Source: Actinosynnema sp. NPDC020468 (lineage in GTDB: Bacteria; Actinomycetota; Actinomycetes; Mycobacteriales; Pseudonocardiaceae). From it: a stretch of DNA of 24,000 nt. Numbering within the stretch: position 1 is the stretch's first letter; every line of letters begins with the position of its first letter. Made by a program: the position numbers and the translations under genes. The notes beneath the pieces are model-generated. The model worked only from the letters and a program-made list of their open reading frames with translations, had not been told where the DNA came from and did not search any database. Of the stretch, positions 22,643 to 24,000 are shown one piece after another. The DNA lies in contig NZ_JBFAEO010000016.1 of NCBI RefSeq assembly GCF_040642015.1, forward strand, positions 78,729-102,728, written 5' to 3'.

Positions 22643-24000
22643 CTACTTGCGCGGCAGGAACGCCCGGTGCGCCTTGGAGAACTCGAAGTTGTTGTACTTG
22701 TCCCAGTTGATCGACCACGTCATCAACCCGCGCAGGTTCGGGTAGGTCGCCTTGGGCTTGTACGACCCGCAGTTCGTCCCGAGCGACACGCACTTGAACG
22801 CGGTCTGCGTGTCCGCCACCGACGTGAACCCGTTGCCCGCGTTGATCGACGCCGGGAGCCCGATCGCCACCTGCTCGGGCCGCAGCCCGGGGAAGAACTT
22901 GGTGGCGTCGCCGCGCACCGGGAAGCCCTGGAGCACCATGTCGGCCATCGCGACGTGGAAGTCCGCGCCGCCCATGGTGTGGTACTGGTTGTCCAGCCCC
23001 ATGATCGGCCCGGAGTTGTAGTGCTGCACGTGCAGCAGCGTCAGGTCGTCGCGCAGCGCGTGGATCACCGGCAGGTACGCGCCGGCACGCGGGTCCGCGC
23101 CGCCGTTGCCCGCGTAGAACTGGTACCCCACCTGCACGAAGAACGTCTCCGGCGCCATCGTCAGCTGGAACTTGGCCCCGTACTTGGCCTTCAGCGTCTT
23201 CAGCGCGGAGATCAGGTTCACGATCACCGGCGTGGTGGGCGCGCGGAAGTCGGTGTCGTTGGCGTTCAACGACAGCGAGTGCCCCTCGAAGTCCACGTCG
23301 AGACCGTCCAACCCGAACCGGTCGATGATGCCGCCGACCGACCGCACGAACGCGTCCCGCGCCGCCGTCGTGGTCAGCTGCACCTGCCCGTTCTGCCCGC
23401 CGATCGAGATCAGCACCTTCTTGCCCTGCGCCTGCTTGGCCTTGATCCCGGCGATGAACTCGGCCTCGGTGTCCACGTTCGGGCACTCGGCGACCGGGCA
23501 CAGGTTGAACTTCAGCTCGCCGGAGGTGACCGACGTCGGCTCGGCGAACGCCAGGTCGATGAAGTCCCAGTCGTCCGAGACGTCCTTCATCTTGATGTAC
23601 CCGGACCCGTTGGCGAAGCTCGCGTGCAGGTACCCGACGAGCACCTTGCGCGGCGCCGTGCCGTCACCCGGATCGGTCGACGTCGTGGTGGTGGTCGTCG
23701 TGGTCGTAGTCCGCGACGTCGTGGTCGTCGACGTCGTGGGTGACGTCGCGGTGGTGCTGTTGTCGTTCGTCGTCGTCGGGTTCGGCGACGTGGTGGTGAT
23801 CGGCGGCCCGGCACAGGACGCACCGTTGATCTTGCAGTTGACCGGCGCCGCGGTGCCGGTCCCGTTGAACCCGAACGTCACGGTCGCGCCGGGCGCGACG
23901 GAGGCGTTGTAGTCGCGGTTCTTGAAGACGTAGTGCCCGTTCGAGTTCGTCTGGAGGGCGTCCCAGTACGCGCCGACGGAGGTGCCCGAGGGCAGGTCGA
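22643..24000 (-). CDS. Secreted chitinase: CBM2 carbohydrate-binding module, Thr-rich linker, GH18 catalytic domain (5' end outside window)
   Basis: The GH18 signature is FGLDGLDVDFEGH (DxxDxDxE), with further motifs ISIGG and MTWSINWD. The upstream CBM2-like sequence WDALQTNSNGHYVFKNRDYNASVAPGATVTFGFNGTG...CKINGASC continues in frame to position 24000. Confidence 0.92.
   Translation of the reverse strand, partial: DLPSGTSVGAYWDALQTNSNGHYVFKNRDYNASVAPGATVTFGFNGTGTAAPVNCKINGASCAGPPITTTSPNPTTTNDNSTTATSPTTSTTTTSRTTTTTTTTTTSTDPGDGTAPRKVLVGYLHASFANGSGYIKMKDVSDDWDFIDLAFAEPTSVTSGELKFNLCPVAECPNVDTEAEFIAGIKAKQAQGKKVLISIGGQNGQVQLTTTAARDAFVRSVGGIIDRFGLDGLDVDFEGHSLSLNANDTDFRAPTTPVIVNLISALKTLKAKYGAKFQLTMAPETFFVQVGYQFYAGNGGADPRAGAYLPVIHALRDDLTLLHVQHYNSGPIMGLDNQYHTMGGADFHVAMADMVLQGFPVRGDATKFFPGLRPEQVAIGLPASINAGNGFTSVADTQTAFKCVSLGTNCGSYKPKATYPNLRGLMTWSINWDKYNNFEFSKAHRAFLPRK
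23660..23806 (-). repeat. Low-complexity Thr/Pro/Ser-rich interdomain linker (coding), ACS-codon runs
   Basis: Encodes PPITTTSPNPTTTNDNSTTATSPTTSTTTTSRTTTTTTTTTTSTDPGDG. At the DNA level this is a run of GTSGTSGTS repeats on the plus strand. Confidence 0.85.

Noticed and set aside
23660-23806. Short tandem GTSGTS repeats that could look like a repeat array or CRISPR-like periodicity.
   Set aside because: They are in frame within the chitinase gene and encode a poly-Thr linker. There is no repeat-spacer architecture anywhere in the window.

Overview
High-GC actinobacterial-type chromosomal DNA; third-codon GC is very high, so most long ORFs in the six-frame track are Arg/Pro/Gly-rich shadow frames. 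I support about 22 protein-coding genes, 2 pseudogenes and no rRNA, intact tRNA or CRISPR. Left to right: a translationally coupled RsbR/RsbS/RsbT-like stressosome operon (-), TetR regulator, YrdC/YciO-family protein, Cys-rich polytopic membrane protein, alpha/beta hydrolase, TerB-like protein, MBL-fold hydrolase, small secreted Cys protein, second alpha/beta hydrolase, DUF2252 protein and a small hypothetical ORF. Next come an 808-aa KAP-family P-loop NTPase with a macro-like N-terminal domain, an amidohydrolase interrupted by an in-frame TAG, a short glycosyltransferase, and a divergent MocR(GntR-aminotransferase)/RraA-like pair. These are followed by a 1350-aa PAS-GAF-HisKA-HATPase-REC-PAS-GAF-PP2C-RsbW-like mega-fusion coupled to a STAS antagonist. 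The right end holds a decayed integration scar (146-bp two-tier hairpin, tRNA-like 3' fragment, frameshifted integrase N-terminus), a predicted membrane-anchored pseudokinase, and a 5'-truncated CBM2-GH18 chitinase. Most notable: (i) the macro-like/KAP NTPase fusion, a candidate nucleotide-signal-sensing membrane NTPase of conflict or defence type; (ii) a 13-bp palindrome GTCCAC(A/T)GTGGAC present four times, each in a 5'/intergenic position; (iii) two separate partner-switching modules with no sigma factor in the window. All functional calls rest on by-eye motif and architecture recognition; no database search was run.
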